Shown piece after piece: positions 1-11,106 of a stretch of DNA of 64,000 nucleotides (within the stretch, counting starts at the first letter, position 1; each line of letters opens with the position of its first letter). Position numbers and translations under genes: made by a program. This stretch comes from Octopus sinensis (taxonomy: Eukaryota): assembly GCF_006345805.1 (NCBI RefSeq), contig NC_043002.1, positions 2,480,001 through 2,544,000 on the forward strand, in the 5' to 3' direction. Under the pieces are notes generated by a model. The model worked only from the letters and a program-made list of their open reading frames with translations, was not told the DNA's origin and ran no database searches.

Positions 1-757
1 GGAAGACCAATTCTGTACAAGGAAAGTAGAAGATTATATGAACGAATATATTGATTGCTCTTGAAAAAAAGCGAAACCAATTTTTGAGAGAAGGAAGTGG
101 GGAATACAAGATTGAAACGACCCAAATATATTAATTTCATTTGAGTAAACATAATGTGTTATGGAAAAAATCCGAAAGTAGGCAACCCTAGTTTATAGAT
201 TTCTTTTGACAAGGAATGGTAATATTTATTTCGTTTGACTACACACGAAACCAATATTGTAAGGAAAATATATCTAATTGATACATGGGAACTAATGCAT
301 TACTGGTATCCATTTTCCTGATTCCGAGCAGTTGAAAAACTAATCAAACCATTAAGTTTTGAAAGCAGGTAAAGCTAAACGGTGAGAGATATTTAGTGCA
401 AAACAATTACTGGTACATTTTCCACACGGGAAAATGAAAAGCAAACAAACTACGGTAAGATTTCAAATTTTGATAACGAAATTAGATATTAAGAATTTAG
501 TACACACCATTTCAGCGACTCCACCATTTTGAATATCACACATGATTCACTTCTATAATATACCAGCAAAACCTAGATTCAATTGAAGCAACCCACTTCT
601 TATTAAATTCAATTTGAAGATTAAGGAGAAAATTTTGGCGCAAGATATCATTGTTTAAAATGTCGGATCCCCTGAATCTTGCGTTTTTTCCCTCCAGTAA
701 TAATTTAAAGTTTAAATTTGGAGGACCCACAAATTGGTAACTTTTAGTTATACATAC

Positions 758-800
758 ACAAACACACACACACTCATACATACATACATACATACATACA

Positions 801-831
<31 letters not shown>

Positions 832-935
832 GTGTATGTGTGTGTGTATGTATGTATGTATGTATGTATGTATGTATGTATGTATGTATGTATGTATATA
901 TGTATGTAGGCATGTATGTATGTATGTATGTATAC
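758..935. repeat. (CATA)n followed by (TATG)n microsatellites (inverted pair)
   Basis: Directly visible; explains ORFs 536..1003 and 734..952. Confidence 0.95.
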
Positions 936-1548
936 ATATTAGTGACCTGTAAATTCGGTTGTAGACAAAAATGAGTAACGGATAGGAATTTTATGTTTAC
1001 CAAAATTGAAACTCGTTTGCAATTTTAACGATATTGATGTTTAACATCTTTGGCAGCCCAGAGCCCTGTCACGGCGCACCAGACTGGTAGCTCCACAGTG
1101 ACGCTTACATCACGTTGGCACCGCGAAAGTTAAACTTACAGAAATAGAGAAATGGGTGAGAAAGTCAATCGTCAGGTTTAGTTCGATAGCTTTCTCTCCC
1201 GAAATCAAAGTGTTGTTGATTGAATAATCTTATCTCTTTGGACAAGTGATTTGTTGTGGCAGATGTAATCGACTACTGAACCTCTTCCAAAAAAGAAATG
1301 CATTTAACTTAATCACAACAAATCGATAAAACAGCATTGTGTGACAAATGTCGTAAATGAGTAGCAATAAAGCAGGACAGTGTGTCCTCCTGGTTGAATC
1401 GAATTCACTTCACTGAAGCCGCCGTTAACGCCTGAGAACGAAGCTTTGTATCCAGCTTACGATATAATAGTCCTGCGTTGTTATTCGGTATTATTTACTG
1501 AGATGTAGACTTCTTTCAAGAGAATGAATGAATGAATGAATGAATGAA

Positions 1549-1606
<58 letters not shown>

Positions 1607-2524
1607 TGATGATAATAATAATAATAACAGATGGACAAAACACATGACACAGTAGGTATGTTTTATTACATTGAAACCGAACTTGTGCAAAGCATCAGAC
1701 TGTAATAATTAACGGCCATGTTATGACAGTAATTTTCTTTTCAAACTCAGATCGATAAATTGCAGTCATATGGAAAATATTGTTAGAGTAATAGCAGTGA
1801 CAATGAAGGTAGAACACACAGTTCATTTCATTTCTCTTCCGATCTTATTAACATGTTTAATCGTTGAGCAAATCTTGCATTTAGGTTTATGAAGTGTTAC
1901 CTTGTGTCAATGTTGGAATTCATTTTTATCAATATTATTTTTGCTTTGTGAAATACCCAACTCTGTAAGAATTATGGACATCATTTCGAATGAATTATTT
2001 GAATATCCTAACAGTTACACAGCATTTACGTAATAGCATTATCGGGAATATTTGTATGTCTTTGTTATAGATAATATATCAAAATATATATCTATATACA
2101 GAGTGACAGTGTACCGTCTCACTTGTACGAGTCGGGAATGGAATAATGAATTCTTTCATGCAGTAATTCTGTACCATTTCCTTCTTCATAATAATATAAT
2201 CGTTACGTATTGCTATATTAATTATTAAAACACTGCTTCCATTCCTCTCACAGTCTATCATACCAAGTTTAAAAGATTTCGACCGATATGTCCATCTGTC
2301 TGAGAGGCTTGTATTGTCAATTTCTAGAAGAGGTTGAAGTTTATACGAGGAATACAAAGCCTAAGTGTCCTAACAGAGACAGAACAGATTTACTGCATTG
2401 AATATTTTATGGAAGCTAATATTTCACATCCTGATGAAATAAAGCTTACAATTTCCAAAGTGTACGCCACATATCAATATACATTTTACATACATACATA
2501 CATGTATGTATATATATGTATGTG

Positions 2525-2558
<34 letters not shown>

Positions 2559-2562
2559 TTTA

Positions 2563-2682
2563 TCTTTTACTTGTTTCAGTCATTTGAGTGCGGCTCCGCT
2601 GGGAGAACTGCCTTGAAGTGCTTTTAGTCAAACAAATCGGCCCCAAGATTTATTTTTAAGACCTGGTACTTATTCTATTGTC
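2563..2682 (-). mobile_element. SINE family A, 3' fragment
   Basis: Reverse complement of the ...GCAGTC-AATGACTGAAACAAGTAAAAGA tail seen in the full copies at 27105 and 37129. Confidence 0.8.
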
Positions 2683-3414
2683 AACTACCAATCTTTGGTA
2701 GTAAATTTTAATTTTGTAGTTATGCACAAATATTTCCATCTGAACATTATTTACCCTGAGATCCATCCTATTTTTGTGCTCTTATTTTCGCAGTAGTTCT
2801 TTCTTCTAGTTTGTTGGTCGAAAAAAAAATCGCTTGGATATGAAGGAATTATGTTTTTGGGAGTTATCTTTCATCGTTTTATCTTTGTGTCACACAGTTG
2901 GACTGAACCCGAAACCATGTGCCTGGGAGACAAATTTCTTACCACTCAACCACGCCTGTGCCTATATGTTTGGTTCGTTTTCAGTATATGAATTCTACCC
3001 CCAGACTCCACCCAGTATTTAATGCTTATATGATATAGAAATTCATTTTTCTTGAGATAATTTATGGGGGGTTTTTTTTTGTTTATTGGCAGAACTTAAA
3101 AAGTAAATTTTAGGCTTTAAGAATATTCGGTTTCTGAATTAAAGTAGCGAGGAATAAAGCGAAAACGACTTCCTGTCTTCACTAGCAGAGATTTAAGATT
3201 CTTGCCAATATACGACTAACATCAATTGGACCAAATTATTGGCATTACTAAAGATTTTTAGAATTCCAATGATCCAAGAATACGAGTAGGATGAAACTAT
3301 AGCATATGTCTTCATGAAAGCAGTTCATGTCACGCCGAGAATTGGTAGCAGCCATCAGAAATTAAACATCTACTCTTTTTCTTGGTCAACTTATTTCCTG
3401 ACCTATTTTTTTAT

Positions 3415-3600
3415 TTGTTTCAGTCATGTGACTGTGGCCATGCTGGAGCACCGCCTTTAGTCGAGCAAATCGAACTCAGAACTTATTTTTGTAAGCCTAG
3501 TACTTATTCCATAGGTCTCTTTTGCTGAACCGCTAAGTTACGGGGACGCAAACACACCGGCATAGGTTGTCAAACGATGGCGGGGGACAAACACAGATAC
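3415..3600 (-). mobile_element. SINE family A, 3' half
   Basis: Matches the 3' half of 37129-37535 in reverse. Confidence 0.9.
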
Positions 3601-3633
3601 ATACACACACATACATACACACACACACGCACG

Positions 3634-3664
<31 letters not shown>

Positions 3665-3666
<2 letters not shown>

Positions 3667-3828
3667 TCTTAATTTTCTCTCCTTGTTTCTTTCTGTATTC
3701 CTTTCTGTGGAAGAGCGTAGGCTCGAAACGTTAAAGACTTTTTCACTTCCCGAGCATTAAATACATCTGTTTGTTGTCTACACTACCTGTCTTCGTCTTT
3801 TCTTTTTGTTTTTTGTGAACTCTCCCCC

Positions 3829-3830
<2 letters not shown>
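3665..3830 (+). mobile_element. Short PLE-like repeat (family E) carrying an atypical hammerhead scaffold
   Basis: GAAGAGCGTAGGCTCGAAACGTTAAAGAC module; sister copies at 4085, 5420, 36835(-) and 57345(-). Confidence 0.75.
3701..3736 (+). ncRNA. Minimal hammerhead-like motif, variant core CUGUGGA
   Basis: Stem I CTTT/AAAG, extra A, stem II GAGC-gtag-GCTC, GAAA, ACGT palindrome, GUU site; A6 replaced by U. Confidence 0.45.
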
Positions 3831-3869
<39 letters not shown>

Positions 3870-4001
3870 GAAATATTACATTTCTAAATATCTCAGAGAG
3901 ATATAAGCAGTGGTGGTACGATAGAGTAGTTGTATACTGTCAACTTAATGTGACAGTCGCATTCAGTTGACAGTATACAACTGCTCTCTCTCTATATATA
4001 T

Positions 4002-4078
<77 letters not shown>

Positions 4079-4273
4079 CTACACATTCTTTATTTTCTCT
4101 CCTCGTTTCTTTTCTTTCTGTGTTCCTTTCTGTGGGAGAGCGTAGGCTCGAAACGTTAAAGACTTTTTCACTTCCCGAGCGTTATACTAATGCATCTGTT
4201 CATTGTCTACACCACCTTCTTCGTCTTTTGCGTTTTTATTTTTGTGAATTCTCCCCCTATATATAGATATATG

Positions 4274-4413
4274 CGACGGGTTTCTTTCAGTTTCTGTCTA
4301 CCAAATCCACTCACAAGGCTTTAGTTAGTCTGAGGCTATAGTAGAAGACACTTGCCCAAGGTGCCATGCAGTGGGACTGAACCCGGAACCATGTGGTTGG
4401 TAAGCAAGCTACT
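4274..4413 (-). mobile_element. SINE family A, 5' half (duplicate at 5609-5748)
   Basis: Reverse of the GGTTCCGGGTTCAGTCCCACTGC (B-box) ... GAAACTGAAAGAA segment. Confidence 0.9.
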
Positions 4414-4719
4414 TTATTGAATTTTAGTTGCCATAAAGGCAGCATACAGAGTAGCTGCTTTGAACGGAGTTTCTCCCCCTTCTCCCGAAGCCTTAGGGTC
4501 CTTCGGCGGGCAACTATTGTTACCCGCCTTCTTCCTTTTTAATCCTTTTTTGGTTGGGGGGTCTGATGCCTCCTCAACCACATCCACTTCTCCCTTTGAT
4601 CGGATAGGGGAGGTGGCATCCAGTGATTGTTCCAGGACCTTACCACGGCTCCGGGGACACTCCTTCTTAATGTCGCCTGGCTCCAGGCACGAGTGGCACT
4701 TGGGGGTGGCGACCCTCAA
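4414..4719 (-). pseudogene. Gag-like/ORF1 zinc-knuckle fragment, probably L1/Tx1-type LINE
   Basis: CHSCLEPGDIKKEC is CX2CX4(H>D)X4C, followed by a basic low-complexity tail (KKGLKRKK). Clade assignment is inference. Confidence 0.6.
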
Positions 4720-4722
4720 GTA

Positions 4723-5130
4723 TCACTGACAAGTAATATTCGTAGCCACCTTAACATGGCTGTCCACTTTAAAGTGACTACGAATATTACTTGTCAGTAC
4801 AACTACTGTATTGATCTCTTAGAGAGATTTTAGAACTAGCATTTTTGCTTGTTGCAAAATCAGCGACTGTGTGTGAATGCTTGAAATATTGCAAGCAGAA
4901 GTGAGCTGCAATCATGTCTGGCAGACGAGGTGTCCAGTAGTAAGGAGTGGCAGAAATAGTCCGAAACCAGGACTGGTCTACTGATCCAGTTGCTAGGTTC
5001 GCTCCCCTACTCGCAATTTCATCGGATGCAACTGTGCATCGTTAACCAGCCAGAGATGTCCTGTTGGAGTTAAGAAATCGAAGTAGAGTCCGCTCGAACG
5101 GACAGCCATGTTAAAGTGACTGCGAATATT
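4723..5130 (+). mobile_element. ~342-bp unit with terminal direct repeat, 5' fold-back and dead hammerhead scaffold (duplicate ~6058-6467)
   Basis: AAAGTGACT(A/G)CGAATATT at 4771 and 5113; hairpin with 25-bp arms (24/25) at ~4725-4798; HHR scaffold at 4935-4983. Confidence 0.55.
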
Positions 5131-5151
5131 ATTTATATATATATACATACA

Positions 5152-5199
<48 letters not shown>

Positions 5200-5203
5200 A
5201 TAT

Positions 5204-5347
5204 AAAATAGAAATATTACATTTCTAAATATCTCAGAGAGATATAAGCAGTGGTGGTACGATAGAGTAGTTGTATACTGTCAACTTAATGTGACAGTCGC
5301 ATTTAGTTGACAGTATACAACTGCTCTCTCTCTATATATATGTGTAT

Positions 5348-5378
<31 letters not shown>

Positions 5379-6467
5379 CGCGCGTGTGTGGTGTGTGTGT
5401 GTGTGTGTGTGTTCTACACATTCTTTATTTTCTCTCCTCGTTTCTTTTCTTCTGTGTTCCTTTCTGTGGGAGAGCGTAGGCTCGAAACGTTAAAGACTTT
5501 TTCACTTCCCGAGCGTTATACTAATGCATCTGTTCATTGTCTACACCACCCTTCTTCGTCTTTTGCGTTTTTATTTTTGTGAATTCTCCCCCTATATATA
5601 GATATATGCGACGGGTTTCTTTCAGTTTCTGTCTACCAAATCCACTCACAAGGCTTTAGTTAGTCTGAGGCTATAGTAGAAGACACTTGCCCAAGGTGCC
5701 ATGCAGTGGGACTGAACCCGGAACCATGTGGTTGGTAAGCAAGCTACTTTATTGAATTTTAGTTGCCATAAAGGCAGCATACAGAGTAGCTGCTTTGAAC
5801 GGAGTTTCTCCCCCTTCTCCCGAAGCCTTAGGGTCCTTCGGCGGGCAACTATTGTTACCCGCCTTCTTCCTTTTTAATCCTTTTTTGGTTGGGGGGTCTG
5901 ATGCCTCCTCAACCACATCCACTTCTCCCTTTGATCGGATAGGGGAGGTGGCATCCAGTGATTGTTCCAGGACCTTACCACGGCTCCGGGGACACTCCTT
6001 CTTAATGTCGCCTGGCTCCAGGCACGAGTGGCACTTGGGGGTGGCGACCCTCAAGTATCACTGACAAGTAATATTCGTAGCCACCTTAACATGGCTGTCC
6101 ACTTTAAAGTGACTACGAATATTACTTGTCAGTACAACTACTGTATTGATCTCTTAGAGAGATTTTAGAACTAGCATTTTTGCTTGTTGCAAAATCAGCG
6201 ACTGTGTGTGAATGCTTGAAATATTGCAAGCAGAAGTGAGCTGCAATCATCTCTGGCAGACGAGGTGTCCAGTAGTAAGGAGTGGCAGAAATAGTCCGAA
6301 ACCAGACTGGTCTACTGATCCAGTTGCTAGGTTCGCTCCCCTACTCGCAATTTCATCATCGGATGCAACTGTGCATCGTTAACCAGCCAGAGATGTCCTG
6401 TTGGAGTTAAGAAATCGAAGTAGAGTCCGCTCGAACGGACAGCCATGTTAAAGTGACTGCGAATATT
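5204..6467. repeat. Tandem duplication, copy 2
   Basis: Differs from copy 1 only by a few small indels and substitutions. Confidence 0.97.
5749..6054 (-). pseudogene. Duplicate of the zinc-knuckle ORF1 fragment
   Basis: Identical translation to 4414-4719. Confidence 0.6.
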
Positions 6468-6491
6468 TATTCTATATATATACATACATGC

Positions 6492-6554
<63 letters not shown>

Positions 6555-6564
<10 letters not shown>

Positions 6565-7065
6565 TAATAAACTGTAGTTGTGTGAGTGTCTGTCTCCTAC
6601 GATTTAGATTCCTAACTCCTCCCACATTTTACGGTGCAGTTTAACCAAATTCGGGTATCTATAGCCGTGATTAATATCGAGCCCGTCTGGCTATTAGCGT
6701 GCGTCTACAATGAGTCTACGATTTTTAAAATAATTTAACATCATTTTTTTATTCCATTTTAATGCACAATTTTTCGTGTGTCGATGGCGGCGGAGTTGGC
6801 GTCCACGCTCAAACACCTGCACCTGTGTTTGCTTCTCCCCCTCTTCCCCTCCTTCGTGAAGCTTTGGGAAGGGATTTTAAGGAAATCAACGTCGTAATGC
6901 GTTGTCAAGGAGACCAGCGTTCTTTTAGAACAACGACTTCATGGCTTCAAGACATCAAAACAGAAATGGCTAAGAAGCCCGAATTGGCATCTACAAGGAA
7001 GTAACTCTCTAAACTGCTTTATAGTTTTTTCCCTTACAAACCCGCCACGCCGGCGATACTGCTAG
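6555..7065 (+). mobile_element. Non-autonomous Helitron
   Basis: Starts in (TA)n with ...TAATAAACTGTAGTTGTGTGAGTGTCTGTC; ends with CGCC-ACGCC-GGCG hairpin then CTAG|T at 7062-7066. Confidence 0.75.
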
Positions 7066-7103
7066 TATATATATATACATATATGTATATATATATTATA
7101 TAC

Positions 7104-7172
<69 letters not shown>

Positions 7173-7212
7173 ATATATATATAATATAATATATATATAT
7201 ATATATATATTT

Positions 7213-7350
7213 ATTATATAGAAGGAGCTTCTACAGGACTAGTACTGTTTCATTCAGAGACATCTTCAGGAAGCACTATGCCGGTGTGCTTCCTGAAGAT
7301 TTCTCTTGAATGAAACAGTACTAGTCCTGTAGAAGCTCCTTCTATATAAT
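7213..7350. mobile_element. Palindromic mini-element, each arm containing a hammerhead motif
   Basis: Arms 7213-7276 and 7286-7350 are near-perfect reverse complements around a 9-nt loop. Confidence 0.85.
7288..7336 (+). ncRNA. Type I hammerhead motif (mirror copy 7227-7274 on -)
   Basis: Stem I GCTTC/GAAGC, CTGAAGA, weak stem II TTC/GAA, GAAA, stem III ACAG/CTGT with an ACTAGT-containing loop, GUA site. Confidence 0.6.
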
Positions 7351-7422
7351 AAATTAATTTACTCTGCTATGTATTGAGTACCTTACTTACTGTGGTTAAC
7401 CCCGAATCAACCCGGGACCTAC

Positions 7423-7458
<36 letters not shown>

Positions 7459-7949
7459 ATATATATAATATATATATATAATAGTAAACTATGGTTGCAG
7501 AACAAACAAATATAAGGTCATCCACGTACATATCACATGGTCGAACATTAATCACAGAATGCTTTTTCTTACACATAGAATACAGATGCATAAATCACAG
7601 AAGATGAAACATAATTCATTGATACAAGCATATAAGAGAAATGTTTGAGTAGAATTCTACGTGATTAAAAATTTTTAAAATTTAAATAATATTAACTTTA
7701 GCGAATAGAAAAAGTATACTTTAACATTATAATATCGAATAATAAATATAAAAAATATAAAGAAATATATAAATTTATATAAATATAAAAACACATCTAT
7801 ATATAGGAAAACATATATTATATAATATATACGTAAGATAAAAGTTCATCGTTTAGAAATTTTTTCGATTAAAAATTACTTTTTAATTTAACAGGGAGAA
7901 CCTATTATGAAAGCCAGTGTCCAGCAAAGAAGAAGAAACCATATTCACA

Positions 7950-8028
7950 TTCCCTATGGCCATTTCAGAGTTCATTACCGTATTTAATGCCCAAGGGCAT
8001 AACGATAATTACTCCTTCATCAGGGGAA
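7950..8028 (-). ncRNA. Type I hammerhead ribozyme, canonical core
   Basis: TTCCC-CTGATGA-A-GGAGT...ACTCT-GAAA-TGGCCA-TA^GGGAA; long stem II (ATTATCGT/ACGGTAAT, ATGCCC/GGGCAT); ATGGCCAT palindrome. Confidence 0.85.
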
Positions 8029-8112
8029 AAAAAACACATCACATACCAAGGCGAGACCTCTTTAAACAAACCCGATGCAATATTGCGTGGTTACTTATTT
8101 AAGAAGTCATAA

Positions 8113-8285
8113 GGCGGCGAGCTGGCAGAAACGTTAGCAGGCGGCGAGATGCGTAGCCGTATTTCGTCTGCCGTTACATTCTGGGTTCAAATTCCGCCGA
8201 GGTCGACTTTACCTTTCATCCCTTTGTCTGTCCTTGTTCGTCCCCTCTGTGTGTAGCCCTTTGTGGGTAGTAAAGAAATATATTT
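8113..8285 (+). mobile_element. SINE family B (internally deleted)
   Basis: GGCGGCGAGCTGGCAGAAACG head, GGGTTCAAATTCC B-box, ...GTGGGTAGTAAAGAAATA tail; flanking repeat ATTTAAGAAGTCAT. Confidence 0.92.
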
Positions 8286-8513
8286 TTCTTTACTACCCAC
8301 AAGGAGCTAAACACAGAGGAGACAAACAAAGACAGACAAAGGGATTAAGTCGATTATATCGACCCCAGGGCGTAACTGGTACTTAATTTATCGACTCCGA
8401 AAGAATGAAAGGCAAAGTCGACCTGGGCGGAATTTGAACTCAGAACGTAACGGCAGACGAAATACCGCTAAGCATTTCGTCCAGCGTGCTAACGTTTCTA
8501 CCAGATCGCCGCC
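8286..8513 (-). mobile_element. SINE family B, full length, nested in the tail of the previous copy
   Basis: Flanked by the 24-bp direct repeat TGTGGGTAGTAAAGAAATATATTT (8262-8285 and 8514-8537). Confidence 0.92.
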
Positions 8514-8602
8514 TGTGGGTAGTAAAGAAATATATTTAAAGAAGTCATGCTCAGACCAGCCCAAATATTCAAAAATTATTAAAAATATATATATATATAT
8601 AT

Positions 8603-8667
<65 letters not shown>

Positions 8668-8672
8668 TGTGT

Positions 8673-8897
8673 GTGTATAGGAATAAAAAGTTGTAGTAAT
8701 TAAATCATTTAGTTCTTACAGGGAATTGAATTTTATATATATATAAAATTTTATATATATGTAAAATTTTATATATATGTAAAATTATTTTTAACAACTA
8801 TATAAATGGGTGTATTAAATTAAATTCAACCTCGACGGTTGAAATTCCCTGTAAGAACTAAATGATTTAATTACTACAACTTTTTATTCCTATACAC
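8673..8897. repeat. Perfect 55-bp inverted repeat (fold-back/MITE-like)
   Basis: 8673-8727 is the exact reverse complement of 8843-8897; 115-bp AT-rich spacer. Confidence 0.9.
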
Positions 8898-8949
8898 TTT
8901 TAAGAAGGTAGACGAAAATTTATGGATGCAAAAGGAATCACATCAGTAA

Positions 8950-8950
8950 A

Positions 8951-8983
<33 letters not shown>

Positions 8984-9280
8984 CATACATACATAAATAC
9001 ATACATGCATACATACATACATAAATACATACATACATACATACATACATACATACATAAATAAAAACACACACATATACATACATACATACATACATAC
9101 ATACATACATACATAAATACATACATACATACATATATACATTCATACATACATACATACATACATACATAAATACATACATACATACATAAATACATAC
9201 ATAAATACATACATACATACATACATAAATACATAAATACATACATACATAAATACATAAATACATACATACATATATAT
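8950..9280. repeat. (CATA)n/(AAATACAT) compound microsatellite
   Basis: Directly visible. Confidence 0.95.
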
Positions 9281-10292
9281 TATATGCGTGTGTGTGTGTG
9301 TGTTTCCCCACTTTGTATACGTGTGTGGATATATACGCGACGCATCGTCTCCCAGATATTCGCAACTGAAGACCAGATTTTGCTAAGGCTTTGCAATCCC
9401 GTTTTCTAACATTATTTACAATTTTCTGGTGGTTATTGTTACCAATAAAGACTCGAAGACACTCCGCCCATTACCAAACCCTCTGTTGTCTTTACATACG
9501 ACTACATTAATATCTTTGCCTTGTTAAGTGGAGTACAATGTGAGTGAGATATGACTATTATTTTTAACAGCTCATTGTATCACATAGGTCTTTCATTGCC
9601 TCGTTTTCAGTTCATTAATTGAAGGGGGTCTTTTTCTTAATAACTCCAGTTGTTCTGTTTTCTTCTTCACATATATGTGCTTATGGTTGATATTTCTTGG
9701 TTTCAAACAAGACAGGAAACAGTTTTAGAATTTCTTCATGTTTCGTATTTTTATTTCGTGATTATTTACGACAGAATTTTATAATTGTAGTTAGATCTAC
9801 CTCCTACACGGGCGATAAATATAATTTTCTTTTCGGTTTACACTAAACAGTTTTGTCTCTTCTCTCCACTTCTGTCTGCTTTACAATTCCTGTCTGTTTT
9901 CGTATAATTATCTTCCTCCCGGTTGTTTATTTAACATATTACTATTTTTATTATTAATCTTCCACTCTTCAAATTCGCCACGTCGTATTTTTTTAACTGA
10001 TTTCTGTGTGAATTCACTTTCTGAATCTGTACACTGTATGTAACAGGCTTTCCGCTTGTCTGCCATCAGCAGCAAACAGCATGAGAGCATCGCTTTACAG
10101 ACTATCATTGACGGTTATTAGACAGCGTTTGTATCTTTATCCAGTCAAGTTTAGATTGCTGATTAGATAAATGTTATAACCAAACAGAAAAAGAAAAGAG
10201 CACAGGGTGAATATTTAAGGGATATCATTCTAATTCAGATTAATTTCATATTTTGTTTGGAAATGTAGAGAGCTATTCCATTTTCGTACAGC

Positions 10293-10400
10293 ATTTCACA
10301 ACCGGATGCTGTTTCACAACCGGATGCTATTTCACAACCGGATGCTGTTTCACAACCGGATGCTATTTCACAACCGGATGCTGTTTCACAACCGGATGCT
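10293..10400. repeat. 18-bp minisatellite x6, (A/G)TTTCACAACCGGATGCT
   Basis: Six perfect units with the first base strictly alternating A,G. Confidence 0.97.
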
Positions 10401-10618
10401 AATGTACCTTCAGTCCAAGTCTTCTGTTGGTCAGCGAATTGTATTTCCATTCTAATATGCCGTTTGGACATCTCTTATTTTTTTGTAGAGTTCGTTATTG
10501 AATTTCTTTTCGTTTTTTTTATATCGACCGAACCTTTGTCTTACGCTATGTTGTTGTTGCCGCTGCTGCTGTTGTTGTTGCAGTCGTCGTAGTAGTGGTA
10601 GTAGTCGTCGTCGTCGTC

Positions 10619-10668
<50 letters not shown>

Positions 10669-11065
10669 TGTCGTCGTCCTTGTTGATGCTGTGGTTGGTG
10701 TTGCTGTTGTTTAATGCGGTACCTTCTGGAGTTACGCAGATCTGGGATTTAATGGATTTGATGCCGTATTATAACTGTACTAAGGTAGCATAATAATTTA
10801 CTCTATAAATTGGGGCCAGAATGAATGGTTTGTCGAAAATTATACTAGAAATAATGCATTTCTAAATCTCTGAGAGAGATTTATACAGTAGCAGCACGAT
10901 AAAGTGATGGTTTGTTGCCAACTTAATGTGGCATTCCCATGAAAGGGAAGGATGCTACTGTTATTTAGCCCTAGGAAACACCGTTTCCTGTTGGACTTGA
11001 CACATTTCCTGTGTCCTTATGTTTACAAGGGGGAGATAAGCACCTCCACCCAACAAATCCAGCAA

Positions 11066-11106
11066 CCAGAGACTAGTTTCTGAGCCATTGCTCGTCTTCA
11101 GTCTGA
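11066..11106 (-). ncRNA. Minimal type I hammerhead ribozyme
   Basis: TCAGA-CTGAAGA-C-GAGC-aatg-GCTC-A-GAAA-CTAG-TC^TCTGG; ACTAGT palindrome, GUC site. Confidence 0.75.

Larger units (their letters stand above)
3864..5130. repeat. Tandem duplication, copy 1 (~1.27 kb mosaic unit)
   Basis: Near-identical to 5204-6467; identical ORFs in the track at offset 1335-1340. Confidence 0.97.

Noticed and set aside
9366-9420. CTGAAGA followed by a TTGC/GCAA hairpin
   Set aside because: No GAAA and no stem I pairing.
9380-10130. Purine-rich minus-strand tracts here and at 13300-13640 and 14150-14630 resembling LINE N-terminal regions
   Set aside because: Too decayed for motif-level support; not annotated as features.
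10293-10400. CRISPR-like array
   Set aside because: Repeats are contiguous with no spacers; eukaryotic context.
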